A stretch of DNA of 60,973 bases from an uncultured archaeon (GTDB lineage: Archaea > Aenigmatarchaeota > Aenigmatarchaeia > QMZP01), in assembly GCA_964353635.1 (NCBI GenBank), contig CAYGVS010000003.1, positions 1 to 60,973 on the forward strand, in the 5' to 3' direction. Numbering within the stretch: the stretch's first letter is position 1; the number at the start of each line of letters is the position of its first letter. The notes beneath the pieces were generated by a model. The model did no database searches. It saw only the letters and a program-made list of their open reading frames with translations, and was not told the origin of the DNA. The position numbers and the translations under genes were made by a program. Positions 27,018 through 34,339 of the stretch are shown here, piece after piece.

Positions 27018-28526
27018 ATGCAATACGTGAGCCATCCGCTGATAAGGGAGAATTTGGTAGAGGCAAGGTCCTACCAGGAGGCTGTGCTAGGCACTGCTGC
27101 AAAGAACCATACCCTCTGCGTGCTGCCGACTGGCTTGGGAAAGACCAATATAGCCCTGATGCTGGCTGCGCACAGGCTGGATAAGCACCCTGGCTCCAGG
27201 ATACTTGTAATGGCTCCAACCAAGCCTCTGGTCAACCAGCACTTCAAGACCTTCCAGGAGAGCATGAACATCCCTCAGGGTGAGATGGTGGCTGTGACAG
27301 GGTTCATCAACCCTATGGAAAGGGAGGAGCTTTATGGGAGAAGGCTCGTTTTCGCGACCCCCCAGGTGATAGAGAATGACTTGAGGAAGGGGCGGCTCTC
27401 CCTGAAGGATTTCTCGCTGCTTGTGATTGATGAGGCCCACCACTCGATAGGGGGGTATGCCTATCCCTTTGTAGCAAAGCTCTACCTGAGCCAGTCCAGG
27501 TTCCCTAGGATACTCGCCCTTACAGCATCACCGGGAGGTACGAAAGAGAAGATAGAGGAGATAAAGAAGAACCTTGGGATAGACGCTGTTGAGATAAGGA
27601 CTGATAATGACATGGATGTCATACCTTGGGTCAAGGAGAAGGAGGTCGAATGGATCTATGTGGACCTTCCCGAGAGCTTCCTGAAGATAAAAGGCTACCT
27701 TCAGGGTGCTGTGGAGGACAGGGTCAAGAGGCTCAAGTCAATGGGCCTGATAAAGAAGCCCAAGCCCTCCAAGCGGGATTTCCTGGAGCTGCAGGCCAGG
27801 GCCCAGGATTCCATCAGGAAAGGCTACAAGCCAGCCTTTGGGATATCCTCCCTGACAGCCCAGATAATCAAGCTGGAGCACAGCATAGAGCTCCTGGAGA
27901 CACAGAGTATAACAGTCCTGGAGAAATACTGGAACAAGCTTAAGGAGGACCCCTCCGGGGCTGCGAAGAACATCATGAAGGACCAGAGGGTTGCAAATGC
28001 CATTTGGCTCTCCAGGGGGCTGTTCGAGAGCGGCTCCAGGCACCCCAAGATGGGGAAGCTCTGCCAGATAATTGACAACCAGGTCCGGGAGAAGCCCGAT
28101 TCCAAGATAATAGTATTTGCCAACTACAGGGAATCCGTTAAGGATATCGTGTCCAGCCTGGGCAATATAGAAGGCGTGAGGCCTGTGGAGTTCGTTGGCC
28201 AGAAGGAGGGGCTCACGCAGAAGGAGCAGATACAAAGGATACATGACTTCAGGGAAGGCGTGTATAATGTTCTCGTGGGCACGAGCGTCTCAGAGGAGGG
28301 CCTGGACATACCCTCAATGGACCTGGCCGTCTTTTATGAGGCCATTCCCTCTGAGATCCGCTCGATACAGAGGAGGGGCCGGGTTGGCAGGCAGAAGATA
28401 GGGAGGGTCATATTCCTCCTTGCCAGAGGGACAAGGGATGAGGCTTACTTCTGGTCTGCCAAAAGCAAGGAGGCCAGGATGTACAAGACGCTGAAAACAA
28501 TGAAATCAAATCAGGAAAAGGATTAG
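27018..28526 (+). CDS. Hef/FANCM-family SF2 helicase (helicase part only, no nuclease domain)
   Basis: YQEAV..., motif I LPTGLGKT, motif II DEAHH, motif VI QRRGRVGR, with an inserted helical domain between the RecA lobes. The protein ends right after the helicase core. Confidence 0.85.
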   Translation: MQYVSHPLIRENLVEARSYQEAVLGTAAKNHTLCVLPTGLGKTNIALMLAAHRLDKHPGSRILVMAPTKPLVNQHFKTFQESMNIPQGEMVAVTGFINPMEREELYGRRLVFATPQVIENDLRKGRLSLKDFSLLVIDEAHHSIGGYAYPFVAKLYLSQSRFPRILALTASPGGTKEKIEEIKKNLGIDAVEIRTDNDMDVIPWVKEKEVEWIYVDLPESFLKIKGYLQGAVEDRVKRLKSMGLIKKPKPSKRDFLELQARAQDSIRKGYKPAFGISSLTAQIIKLEHSIELLETQSITVLEKYWNKLKEDPSGAAKNIMKDQRVANAIWLSRGLFESGSRHPKMGKLCQIIDNQVREKPDSKIIVFANYRESVKDIVSSLGNIEGVRPVEFVGQKEGLTQKEQIQRIHDFREGVYNVLVGTSVSEEGLDIPSMDLAVFYEAIPSEIRSIQRRGRVGRQKIGRVIFLLARGTRDEAYFWSAKSKEARMYKTLKTMKSNQEKD

Positions 28527-28534
28527 GGATTATA

Positions 28535-28909
28535 TTACAAGCTTAGGTTATCATCCAGCATATATTCTACATCTTTTACGTGTTCATCCCAGGAAGGACC
28601 CCATAGCTCAAGATTTCCCAAATACGCGACAAGATGGCCGTTTTTCTCGATTCCAAGAGAACGCTTTATTCCGGGTGGTATGGCCATCTTATAGTTTCTT
28701 ATTGTGTAAAACTTGCCCTGTTCTTCTGTATCAGGGATAAGAACCAGATATTTGTATCTTTCGTCTTGCTTTAGCGAGGCCTTGAAGCCTTTCACTACTG
28801 TGCTATCCAAGGCAGAGCAGAGGTCCTTGGGAAGATAAAATCTGTTCCCTTTAAAGCTTAGAGTATAGCTTCCTCTAATTCCGGATATCTTCATTTTCAT
28901 AAGACGCAA
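28535..28909 (-). CDS. Hypothetical protein co-oriented 4 nt downstream of tfb
   Basis: ORF only. The segment MAIPPGIKRSLGIEKNGHLVAYLG faintly resembles an AbrB/SpoVT-type swapped hairpin. That reading is not supported further. Confidence 0.45.
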   Translation of the reverse strand: MRLMKMKISGIRGSYTLSFKGNRFYLPKDLCSALDSTVVKGFKASLKQDERYKYLVLIPDTEEQGKFYTIRNYKMAIPPGIKRSLGIEKNGHLVAYLGNLELWGPSWDEHVKDVEYMLDDNLSL

Positions 28910-28913
28910 AGGC

Positions 28914-29954
28914 TTACCTGCCTTGTCTCTCTTCCTCTTCGCGGACCTTCTCTTCCACTTCGTCCTTTATGCCAAGGCTCTCCACCATCTCCTTGTACCT
29001 GTTCCTGATGGTGACTTCTGTGACTCCTATGGCATCAGCCACTTCCCTCTGGGTCTTCTTCTCACCCTCGAGGACTGCGGCTATGTACAGAGCGGCTGCG
29101 GCCACGCCTATTGGGCCCTTCCCTGAGGTCACGTCAAAGGTGCCTGCCTCATCAAGTATCTCAGCAGCGCGGACCTGTACCCTCTCTGAGAGGTTGAGTA
29201 TGGAGCCGAACCTGGGAACGTAATCCTGGGCCTTGGCTGGAAGAATCCTTATCCTAAGCTTCCTGGCTATGTACCTGTAGGTCTTTCCGATGTCCCTGCG
29301 GTTTATGCCTGAGGCTTTTGATATCTCGTCCAGTGTCCTTGGGGCGCCTTCCTCCCTGCAGGTTGTGTAGAGAAGGGCTGCGATTATGGACTCTGTGGAG
29401 CGGCCTCGAACAAGGCCCTTATTTACAGCCTGCTGGTAGAGCTTGGCCACCTTCTCGTGGACTGCCCTTGAGAGATGAAGCTGTGATACGAGCCTCTGGA
29501 GCTCTGAAAAAGCGAAAGAAAGGTTGCGGTCCTTGGACTTAATGAGCCTCTTGTGCCACTTCGTGAGCCTGTAGTACTGGGCTCTTTTCTTGGAAGAGAC
29601 CTTGAACAGCTCACCCTTGCCCTTGCCTATCTCAGTGGTTATCCCCTGGTCATGCTTCATTGGTGTAAGGGCTGCTCCTGTCCTGACCCTCCTGGAGCGC
29701 TGGTCCTCATCAAAGGCTCTCCACTCTTGTGTGAGGTCGACCATTGACTCGTTGAGCACAGCGCCGCATGCGTTGCAAATAGTTTCTCCTCTCTCGTAAT
29801 CATACTTTATCTTCTCTGAACCGCATTCAGGGCATGTCTGGACAGGCTTTTTTTCCATCATGGTATCCTCAATTGGAAGTGCCATCGGGCACTTCTCTCC
29901 GTTTGTTACTCCCTTCCAGTGATTATGAGGGTTTTTGAATGCTATATTTTGCAC
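28914..29954 (-). CDS. tfb: Transcription initiation factor TFB
   Basis: Zn ribbon CPECGSEKIKYDYERGETICNACG, B-finger/linker and two cyclin repeats. The true start may be an internal Met (MALPIED.. or MMEKK..). Confidence 0.9.
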   Translation of the reverse strand: MQNIAFKNPHNHWKGVTNGEKCPMALPIEDTMMEKKPVQTCPECGSEKIKYDYERGETICNACGAVLNESMVDLTQEWRAFDEDQRSRRVRTGAALTPMKHDQGITTEIGKGKGELFKVSSKKRAQYYRLTKWHKRLIKSKDRNLSFAFSELQRLVSQLHLSRAVHEKVAKLYQQAVNKGLVRGRSTESIIAALLYTTCREEGAPRTLDEISKASGINRRDIGKTYRYIARKLRIRILPAKAQDYVPRFGSILNLSERVQVRAAEILDEAGTFDVTSGKGPIGVAAAALYIAAVLEGEKKTQREVADAIGVTEVTIRNRYKEMVESLGIKDEVEEKVREEEERQGR

Positions 29955-29991
29955 TGGCTCATTTATAAAGGTATCGGTTTTTTTAAGGTAT

Positions 29992-30065
29992 ATTTAAATA
30001 CTTTTACCATCATTTAGTGATACTATTTAAACTTAACGTATTATCATGCTTGCATTTAAATACTT
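29992..30065. promoter_or_regulatory. Two exact copies of atttaaatactt (palindromic TATTTAAATA-type TATA boxes) in the tfb/thermosome intergenic region
   Basis: The 12-mer occurs at 29992-30003 and 30054-30065. It matches the archaeal TATA consensus TTTAWATA on both strands. Which genes they drive is not resolved. Confidence 0.4.
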
Positions 30066-30134
30066 GCTCGGTCAAACTATGATTCTATCCGCTCTCCTAA
30101 TTTTTGGTCAGTTTGGATAATAGAGGTGGTTTGG

Positions 30135-30302
30135 ATGGAATATCAAGTTTTTACCAAGGAAGCAGAAGGTATTGTGATAAAGGGAGTGATAGTAGGGAAT
30201 TGCATGTATTGCCCAAACCCACTGGATGATTACAGGAGCAAGACCTTAGAATACCTAAGGGGAAAGGGTATTCACAATATAGACCTTCCGGATGACTACT
30301 GA
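30135..30302 (+). CDS. Possible small protein (55 aa, CxxC-containing)
   Basis: ATG preceded by GAGGTGG (30123-30129). Open frame MEYQVFTKEAEGIVIKGVIVGNCMYCPNPLDDYRSK... to the TGA at 30300-30302. It is below the ORF-track length cutoff. Confidence 0.3.
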   Translation: MEYQVFTKEAEGIVIKGVIVGNCMYCPNPLDDYRSKTLEYLRGKGIHNIDLPDDY

Positions 30303-30324
30303 GATTTTTTAAGGGGGAAGGAAG

Positions 30325-31980
30325 CTAGTAGTCTTCCATTCCTCCGCCACCCATGCCCCTTGGAGGCATCGAAGGCGCTTTGCCTCCTGAGCCTGAGGAT
30401 GAGATCACATCATCAATCCTCAGTATCATCTCTGCTGCCTCTGCCGCGGACTTTATCGCCTGGGTCTTTATCTTGAGCGGCTCGATGACCCCCAGCTTTA
30501 TCATGTCCTGGACCTCTCCCGAGAACACATCAAGACCGAAGGTTATCCCTTTCTTGTCGTGCTGTGCCCTGAGGTTGGCTATCTTGTCTATGGGGTCAAG
30601 GCCTGCGTTCTCTGCCAGGCTCCTTGGTATCACTTCCATGGCATCCGCAAAGGCGTTTATCGCAAGCTGCTCACGGCCTTTGAAGGACTCTGCGTATTTC
30701 CTGAGCTCCTTGGCCACCTCTATCTCTGTGGCCCCTCCGCCAGCAACTATCTTGCCCAGCTCAAGGGCTGCTGCTATGCCTTTGACAGCATCCTCCACAG
30801 CCCTCTGGACCTCGTCTATCACATGCTCAGTCCCGCCCCTTATAAGGATGGTGACGGCCTTGGGCTGGGAGCATTCCTCAACGAAAATCATCTGGTCTCC
30901 GGCGATCTTCCTCTCCTCAACCCGGCCTGCGAAGCCAAGGTCGCTCTTGGTAAGGTCGTTCAGGTTGGAAACTATGCTTGCTCCTGTTGCGCGGGCAAGG
31001 GCCTCCATGTCTGATTTCTTGACGCGCCTGACTGCCATGATGCCTGCCTTTGTCATGAAGTGCTGCGCAGCGTCGTCTATGCCCTTCTGGCAGAAGAGCA
31101 CGTTCGCGCCTGACTTGATGACCTTGTCCGCCATGTCCCTGAGCATGCGCTCCTCCTGCTCTATGAAGGCCTGCATCTTCTCCGGGGAGTTTATGCTGAT
31201 TTTCGCATCCCCTTCCAGCTCCTTCACCTCGAGGGCAGAATCGATCAGCGCTATCTTGGCTTTCTCTGCTTTCTTGGGCATGGCTGAATGAACAACCTCC
31301 TTGTCTATGAGCACCCCGTTTATCAATTGGCTGTCGTTCATCGAGCCTCCTTCCTTCTTCTCGAGCTTTATGTTGTCCACATCTATGCTCACCACAGTCC
31401 CCTTCACTTCGGCAATTTTCTTTATGGCTTTGACCGCGATCTCCGCAAGCTCCTCGGACGCCTTCTCCGCGGACTTGCCTGTTATGGCAGTGTTCGCAAT
31501 CTGCTCGAGAGCCACATCGTCATTTATGTCAATCTTCCTGGAAATCGTGCTGAGGACTTCCAGGGCCTTCGCCTTGGCCATCCTGTAGCCCTTGGTTATG
31601 ACAGTGGGATGTATCTCCTGGTCAAGGAGGTCTTCCGCCTTCTTGAGCAATTCCCCTGCCAGCACGACTGCCGTGGTAGTCCCGTCACCCACGGACTTGT
31701 CCTGCGTCTTCGCTACTTCAACCATCATCTTCGCGGCCGGATGCTCTATATGCATCTCCTCCAGAATCGTTGCGCCGTCATTCGTTATTACCACGTCCCC
31801 TATGGTATCCACGAGCATCTTGTCCATCCCCTTGGGCCCTAGGGTAGTACGTACAGCATCGGCAACCGCCTTTGCTGCGGTTATGTTGGAGCGCTGGGCA
31901 TCCCTGCCTTTGCTCCTCAAGGTTCCCTCAGGTAATATCAAAATCGGCTGCCCGCCGAGTTGCGCGAATCCATTAGCCAT
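30325..31980 (-). CDS. ths: Thermosome subunit (group II chaperonin)
   Basis: [25 protein letters not shown] and VAGGGA motifs. C-terminal GGM-rich tail. A gaggtga SD lies upstream. Confidence 0.95.
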   Translation of the reverse strand: MANGFAQLGGQPILILPEGTLRSKGRDAQRSNITAAKAVADAVRTTLGPKGMDKMLVDTIGDVVITNDGATILEEMHIEHPAAKMMVEVAKTQDKSVGDGTTTAVVLAGELLKKAEDLLDQEIHPTVITKGYRMAKAKALEVLSTISRKIDINDDVALEQIANTAITGKSAEKASEELAEIAVKAIKKIAEVKGTVVSIDVDNIKLEKKEGGSMNDSQLINGVLIDKEVVHSAMPKKAEKAKIALIDSALEVKELEGDAKISINSPEKMQAFIEQEERMLRDMADKVIKSGANVLFCQKGIDDAAQHFMTKAGIMAVRRVKKSDMEALARATGASIVSNLNDLTKSDLGFAGRVEERKIAGDQMIFVEECSQPKAVTILIRGGTEHVIDEVQRAVEDAVKGIAAALELGKIVAGGGATEIEVAKELRKYAESFKGREQLAINAFADAMEVIPRSLAENAGLDPIDKIANLRAQHDKKGITFGLDVFSGEVQDMIKLGVIEPLKIKTQAIKSAAEAAEMILRIDDVISSSGSGGKAPSMPPRGMGGGGMEDY

Positions 31981-32115
31981 ATTTTCACCTCACTGGTAAA
32001 TATCAAAAACAATTCCATCTTAGATGGAATTGCATAGTATATGTAACCAATTAACTTATAAATGCTTTTCCATGCCATTTTCCCTTCAAAGGGAAAGAAA
32101 ATGGGCTCGCTGGGA

Positions 32116-32247
32116 TTTTCGAACGCACAGTTAGCCGTTTTATCAGCTTCCTATGTAAATCCTTTCTTTTGGATAAGCCCTACCCTTTTCAACGCCGAAA
32201 GGAAGGTGTCTCTTGACACCTTCTGGCTATTTCGAAAAGGGTTGGGT
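32116..32247 (-). other. Putative tRNA intron 3 (132 nt, in the T loop at 59/60)
   Basis: The geometry is canonical: T stem as the outer helix, 4-bp central helix UUCG/CGAA, and 3-nt bulges AUA and AAU. Cutting after the second bulge nucleotide yields a 7-nt T loop UUCGAUU. The intron is highly structured, with a 13-nt helix and a 9-bp hairpin. Confidence 0.6.
32202..32223. repeat. 9-bp-stem hairpin gaaggtgtc-tctt-gacaccttc (inside tRNA intron 3)
   Basis: Perfect inverted repeat. It differs from the 32390 copy only by a compensatory pair change (T:A versus C:G). Confidence 0.8.
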
Positions 32248-32269
32248 ATCGAACCCAGGACCTTCGGCT

Positions 32270-32321
32270 TCTACGCCATAGCAACCGCGATCTTTCTCTC
32301 TCGCGGGGCCTTATAAGACCT
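32270..32321 (-). other. Putative tRNA intron 2 (~52 nt, in the anticodon loop, 36/37 or 37/38)
   Basis: It lies between UUGCG(C) and A-GCCGA. It contains hairpins GGUC-UUAUAA-GGCC and CCGCGA-N10-UCGCGG. The helix-bulge geometry is off by one nt from a canonical BHB, so the exact junctions are unresolved. Confidence 0.35.
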
Positions 32322-32333
32322 GCGCAAGCCGGC

Positions 32334-32353
32334 CATAAAGGACGGCATTCGGC
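32334..32353 (-). other. Putative tRNA intron 1 (20 nt, at or near position 25/26)
   Basis: A GCCG repeat makes the junction ambiguous by 4 nt. A bulge-helix-loop arrangement is possible: 6-bp outer helix (AGUCGG/CCGGCU), 4-bp central helix (UAGA/UUUA) and a 3-nt bulge UGG. A competing strict BHB also exists but gives no sensible tRNA. Confidence 0.45.
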
Positions 32354-32389
32354 GCTCTACCGACTGAGCTACGAGCCCGATTGTGGATA

Positions 32390-32411
32390 GAAGGCGTCTC
32401 TTGACGCCTTC
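32390..32411. repeat. 9-bp-stem hairpin gaaggcgtc-tctt-gacgccttc (11 nt upstream of the tRNA 5' end)
   Basis: Perfect inverted repeat with the same loop and flanks as the 32202 copy. Confidence 0.8.
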
Positions 32412-32428
32412 AATCTCGATTCTGGATA

Positions 32429-32450
32429 GAAGTTGACTATTGTCAACTTC
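32429..32450. repeat. 9-bp-stem hairpin gaagttgac-tatt-gtcaacttc
   Basis: Perfect inverted repeat. The stem sequence is identical to the hairpin at 39801-39822. On the tRNA strand both leader hairpins are followed by TATCCA(G/C)AATC. Confidence 0.8.
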
Positions 32451-32525
32451 CAATCTTTTATGGATTTGCTATGCATCCAGCTAATTGTAGTTATTGGAGG
32501 ATACTGTTATAAATTAGAATGCTGG

Positions 32526-32963
32526 TCAGCCGGCAGCCTTTTTTTTCTTCGAGCGGAAGAGAAAGAGTTGTGCAATCTGCTCCATCATCCTGGGCTCCGC
32601 GGCGACTATGTCCACAGAGGAGACAATCCCGATGAGGCTGTTGTTGTAGACCACAGGCAGCCTCTTTATTTTCTTCTCTGTCATCGCATTGGCCGCGTCC
32701 TCTATCTCAGCGTCCGGCTCTATCACGACGACCTCCCCAGTCATGGCCTCCTGAACCTTGGTCTTTGATGGGGTCTTGTTCTTTGCAACGACCTCCCTCA
32801 TTATGTCCCTCTCGGTGATTATGCCAACAAGCCTCTTGCTGTCGACAACGATGAGGCATCCTATGCTGCATGAGGCCATTATTTTGGCCGCTTGCTGTAT
32901 GGTAGATTTTGGAGTAACAGTCTTCACATCTGTCGTCATTATATCCTTTACTTTCATTGTCAC
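32526..32963 (-). CDS. CBS-domain pair protein
   Basis: Two CBS repeats (VKDIMTTDVKTV...LIVVD..RLVGIITERDI and VQEAMTGEVVVIEPD...LPVVYNNSLIGIVSSVDI). ATGA overlap with the upstream gene. Confidence 0.85.
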   Translation of the reverse strand: MTMKVKDIMTTDVKTVTPKSTIQQAAKIMASCSIGCLIVVDSKRLVGIITERDIMREVVAKNKTPSKTKVQEAMTGEVVVIEPDAEIEDAANAMTEKKIKRLPVVYNNSLIGIVSSVDIVAAEPRMMEQIAQLFLFRSKKKKAAG

Positions 32964-33532
32964 TCCCTCTGCCTCTCCATCCTTGGCACGAATATCCTGT
33001 ACCTGTCCTTGTCGTTCATCTCCTCGACTATCCTTTTGACTATCATCTTCTCCGGGTCAGGGAGGAGCGGAACCCTCTTCTTAAGCTCGGTGAAGTTCTC
33101 GAATGGTTTGACCTTCCTTTCGTCTATTATCGCCCAGAGGTGGCGCTTGCCAATCCCATGCAGCAGCTCCAGTTGGTGCATTCTCGTCGTGAGCTGGCCT
33201 GATTTGTTGAAGAATTCCAGGAACTTCTGTGGGTTCTCATCGACTATCTTCTCAACCGCAGGCTGGACCTCGTCTTTTGCTGCGTTGGTGAGCTCCTTGA
33301 ACTCAAGCCTTCCCCGTATGTATTTCACCTTGTCCCTCTTTCCGTCGCCAATGTATATCCTTTCGCCTATCTTGAGCGCAGTGCCTTCCCTTATTATGAC
33401 CTCAAGCAGCGAGAAGAACATATCTCCCATAACCTGCGCGACAGGCTGCGATCTGTCCATACCGTAATGGCCGTGTGACAGGTATTCCAGGCAAACGGCC
33501 CATTCGTCCTTCTTTATATCGTGGGGAACCAT
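32960..33532 (-). CDS. DUF655/COG1491-type predicted nucleic-acid-binding protein (OB fold + HhH)
   Basis: VCLEYLSHG...FSLLEV....L.IGERIYIG...KV..I.GRLEFKELT..A..E....VEKIV.ENP.KFLEFFNK....T.R.HQLELLHGIGKR follows the conserved archaeal pattern. It sits in the conserved L21e-RpoF-DUF655 neighbourhood. Confidence 0.7.
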   Translation of the reverse strand: MVPHDIKKDEWAVCLEYLSHGHYGMDRSQPVAQVMGDMFFSLLEVIIREGTALKIGERIYIGDGKRDKVKYIRGRLEFKELTNAAKDEVQPAVEKIVDENPQKFLEFFNKSGQLTTRMHQLELLHGIGKRHLWAIIDERKVKPFENFTELKKRVPLLPDPEKMIVKRIVEEMNDKDRYRIFVPRMERQRE

Positions 33533-33599
33533 GAACTCACCATTTAGATTTTGAGCTAATCGTGTGATTTTAATAAAATTGGTTTTCAGTTTTAAATTG

Positions 33600-33926
33600 T
33601 TAGCTGAACTTCTTCACGATAGAGACTATCTTCTTCCTGTCTTCCTCCGAAAGGCTGATTATCTCGTTCGAGAAGAGCGTCCTCACTTCATCCGGGTCCT
33701 GTGGCATGTGGTTTATTATCGAGATTATCTGCCTCTCCTTGAGCCTCTCTATCTTCCCGAGCTCCTCGGCCAGCTCGGCAGCGGACTTCTCGGATATCTT
33801 GGAGAACTTCCTGAGGTGGTCCAGAGCATTTTTCTGCTCGTAGCTGAGCTCCTTCTCTTTCTCCTTCTTCTCGAGGATCTTCCTCACCTCAGACCAAGAA
33901 ACGAACTTCTCGTTTTCAACTTTCAT
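33600..33926 (-). CDS. rpoF: DNA-directed RNA polymerase subunit Rpo4/F
   Basis: ~108 aa, with the SWSEVRKILEKKEKEKELSYEQKNALDHLRKFSK...ELAEEL pattern of Rpb4/RpoF. Adjacent to rpl21e. Confidence 0.8.
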   Translation of the reverse strand: MKVENEKFVSWSEVRKILEKKEKEKELSYEQKNALDHLRKFSKISEKSAAELAEELGKIERLKERQIISIINHMPQDPDEVRTLFSNEIISLSEEDRKKIVSIVKKFS

Positions 33927-33963
33927 GCTCTTTCCTCACGGCTTGCCAGAAACTGAACAAATA

Positions 33964-34251
33964 TTAACTAACAGGCTTTAAATGCTCGGGCTTCAGCATG
34001 AGCGTCTTTTGCTTGTTGCCAAGCATTATGCTCACGACATAAGCCCTTCCGCGCTTCTTCAGGACCTTGCCGACCTTGCCCTTGTACCTGTAATGAGGCA
34101 TGTTCTTGGGGGAAGAAGGGTCGATGTCGATGAGCACTTTCTGGTTGCTATGGAACTCCCTGAGGAACCTCTCCACAGTGAATTTCTCGCCGTGCGGCTT
34201 CTTTAGCTTCCTTCTTGTTCCCGTCCTGAAACCTCTTCCCGATCTTGACAT
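33964..34251 (-). CDS. rpl21e: 50S ribosomal protein L21e
   Basis: MSRSGRGFRTGTRRKL...IDIDPSS..NMPHYRYKGKVGKV...GRAYVV matches the L21e signature. Confidence 0.9.
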   Translation of the reverse strand: MSRSGRGFRTGTRRKLKKPHGEKFTVERFLREFHSNQKVLIDIDPSSPKNMPHYRYKGKVGKVLKKRGRAYVVSIMLGNKQKTLMLKPEHLKPVS

Positions 34252-34339
34252 AACTCACACCGTGACAATTATACCTGGTTAATTGTATGCTTGCTATTTA
34301 AATTCTTGCTTGAGTCTGAAAGTGCCTTGGCATCTTCTA

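Larger units (their letters stand above)
32102..32378 (-). tRNA. tRNA gene interrupted by three putative introns; best hand model is tRNA-Arg(GCG), and the anticodon assignment is tentative
   Basis: Minus strand 5' GGGCTCG-TA-GCTC-AGTCGGTA-GAGC is a canonical acceptor plus D arm. The 3' end ...CCCAG-CGAGCCC-A pairs with the acceptor 5' strand and with the only CTGGG in the region, 140 nt upstream. Joining 4 exons (25+12+22+14 nt) gives a 73-nt cloverleaf with anticodon arm CCGGC-UUGCG(C/A)A-GCCGA, variable loop AGGUC and T arm CUGGG-UUCGAUU-CCCAG. A T-rich run follows the 3' end. Confidence 0.8.

Noticed and set aside
30353-31999. Plus-strand ORFs opposite the thermosome gene (for example 30353-31291, 312 aa)
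   Set aside because: The thermosome reading frame carries unmistakable chaperonin motifs. The antisense ORFs are Ser/Ala/Leu-rich shadows typical of GC-biased third positions.
32311-32317. CUUAUAA loop on the tRNA strand as the anticodon loop (tRNA-Ile UAU)
   Set aside because: The loop sequence is ideal, but its flanks (CAGGU / GGCCC) cannot form an anticodon stem. Using it would need four introns, one of them 13 nt with no BHB. It fits better as a small hairpin (GGUC-UUAUAA-GGCC) inside intron 2.
32325-32353. A near-perfect strict BHB in the tRNA (central helix GCCG/CGGC, bulge AAU, inner helix GCCG/UGGC) that would excise 22 nt
   Set aside because: Splicing at these sites gives ...GAGCGCCGAA-GCGCA..., which cannot form an anticodon arm in any combination I tried. 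It is probably an alternative pre-tRNA conformer, and experiment is needed to settle it.
32062-32453. ORFs 32062-32316 (+) and 32271-32453 (-)
   Set aside because: They lie entirely over the tRNA gene, its introns and the leader hairpins. There is no coding signal beyond being open.
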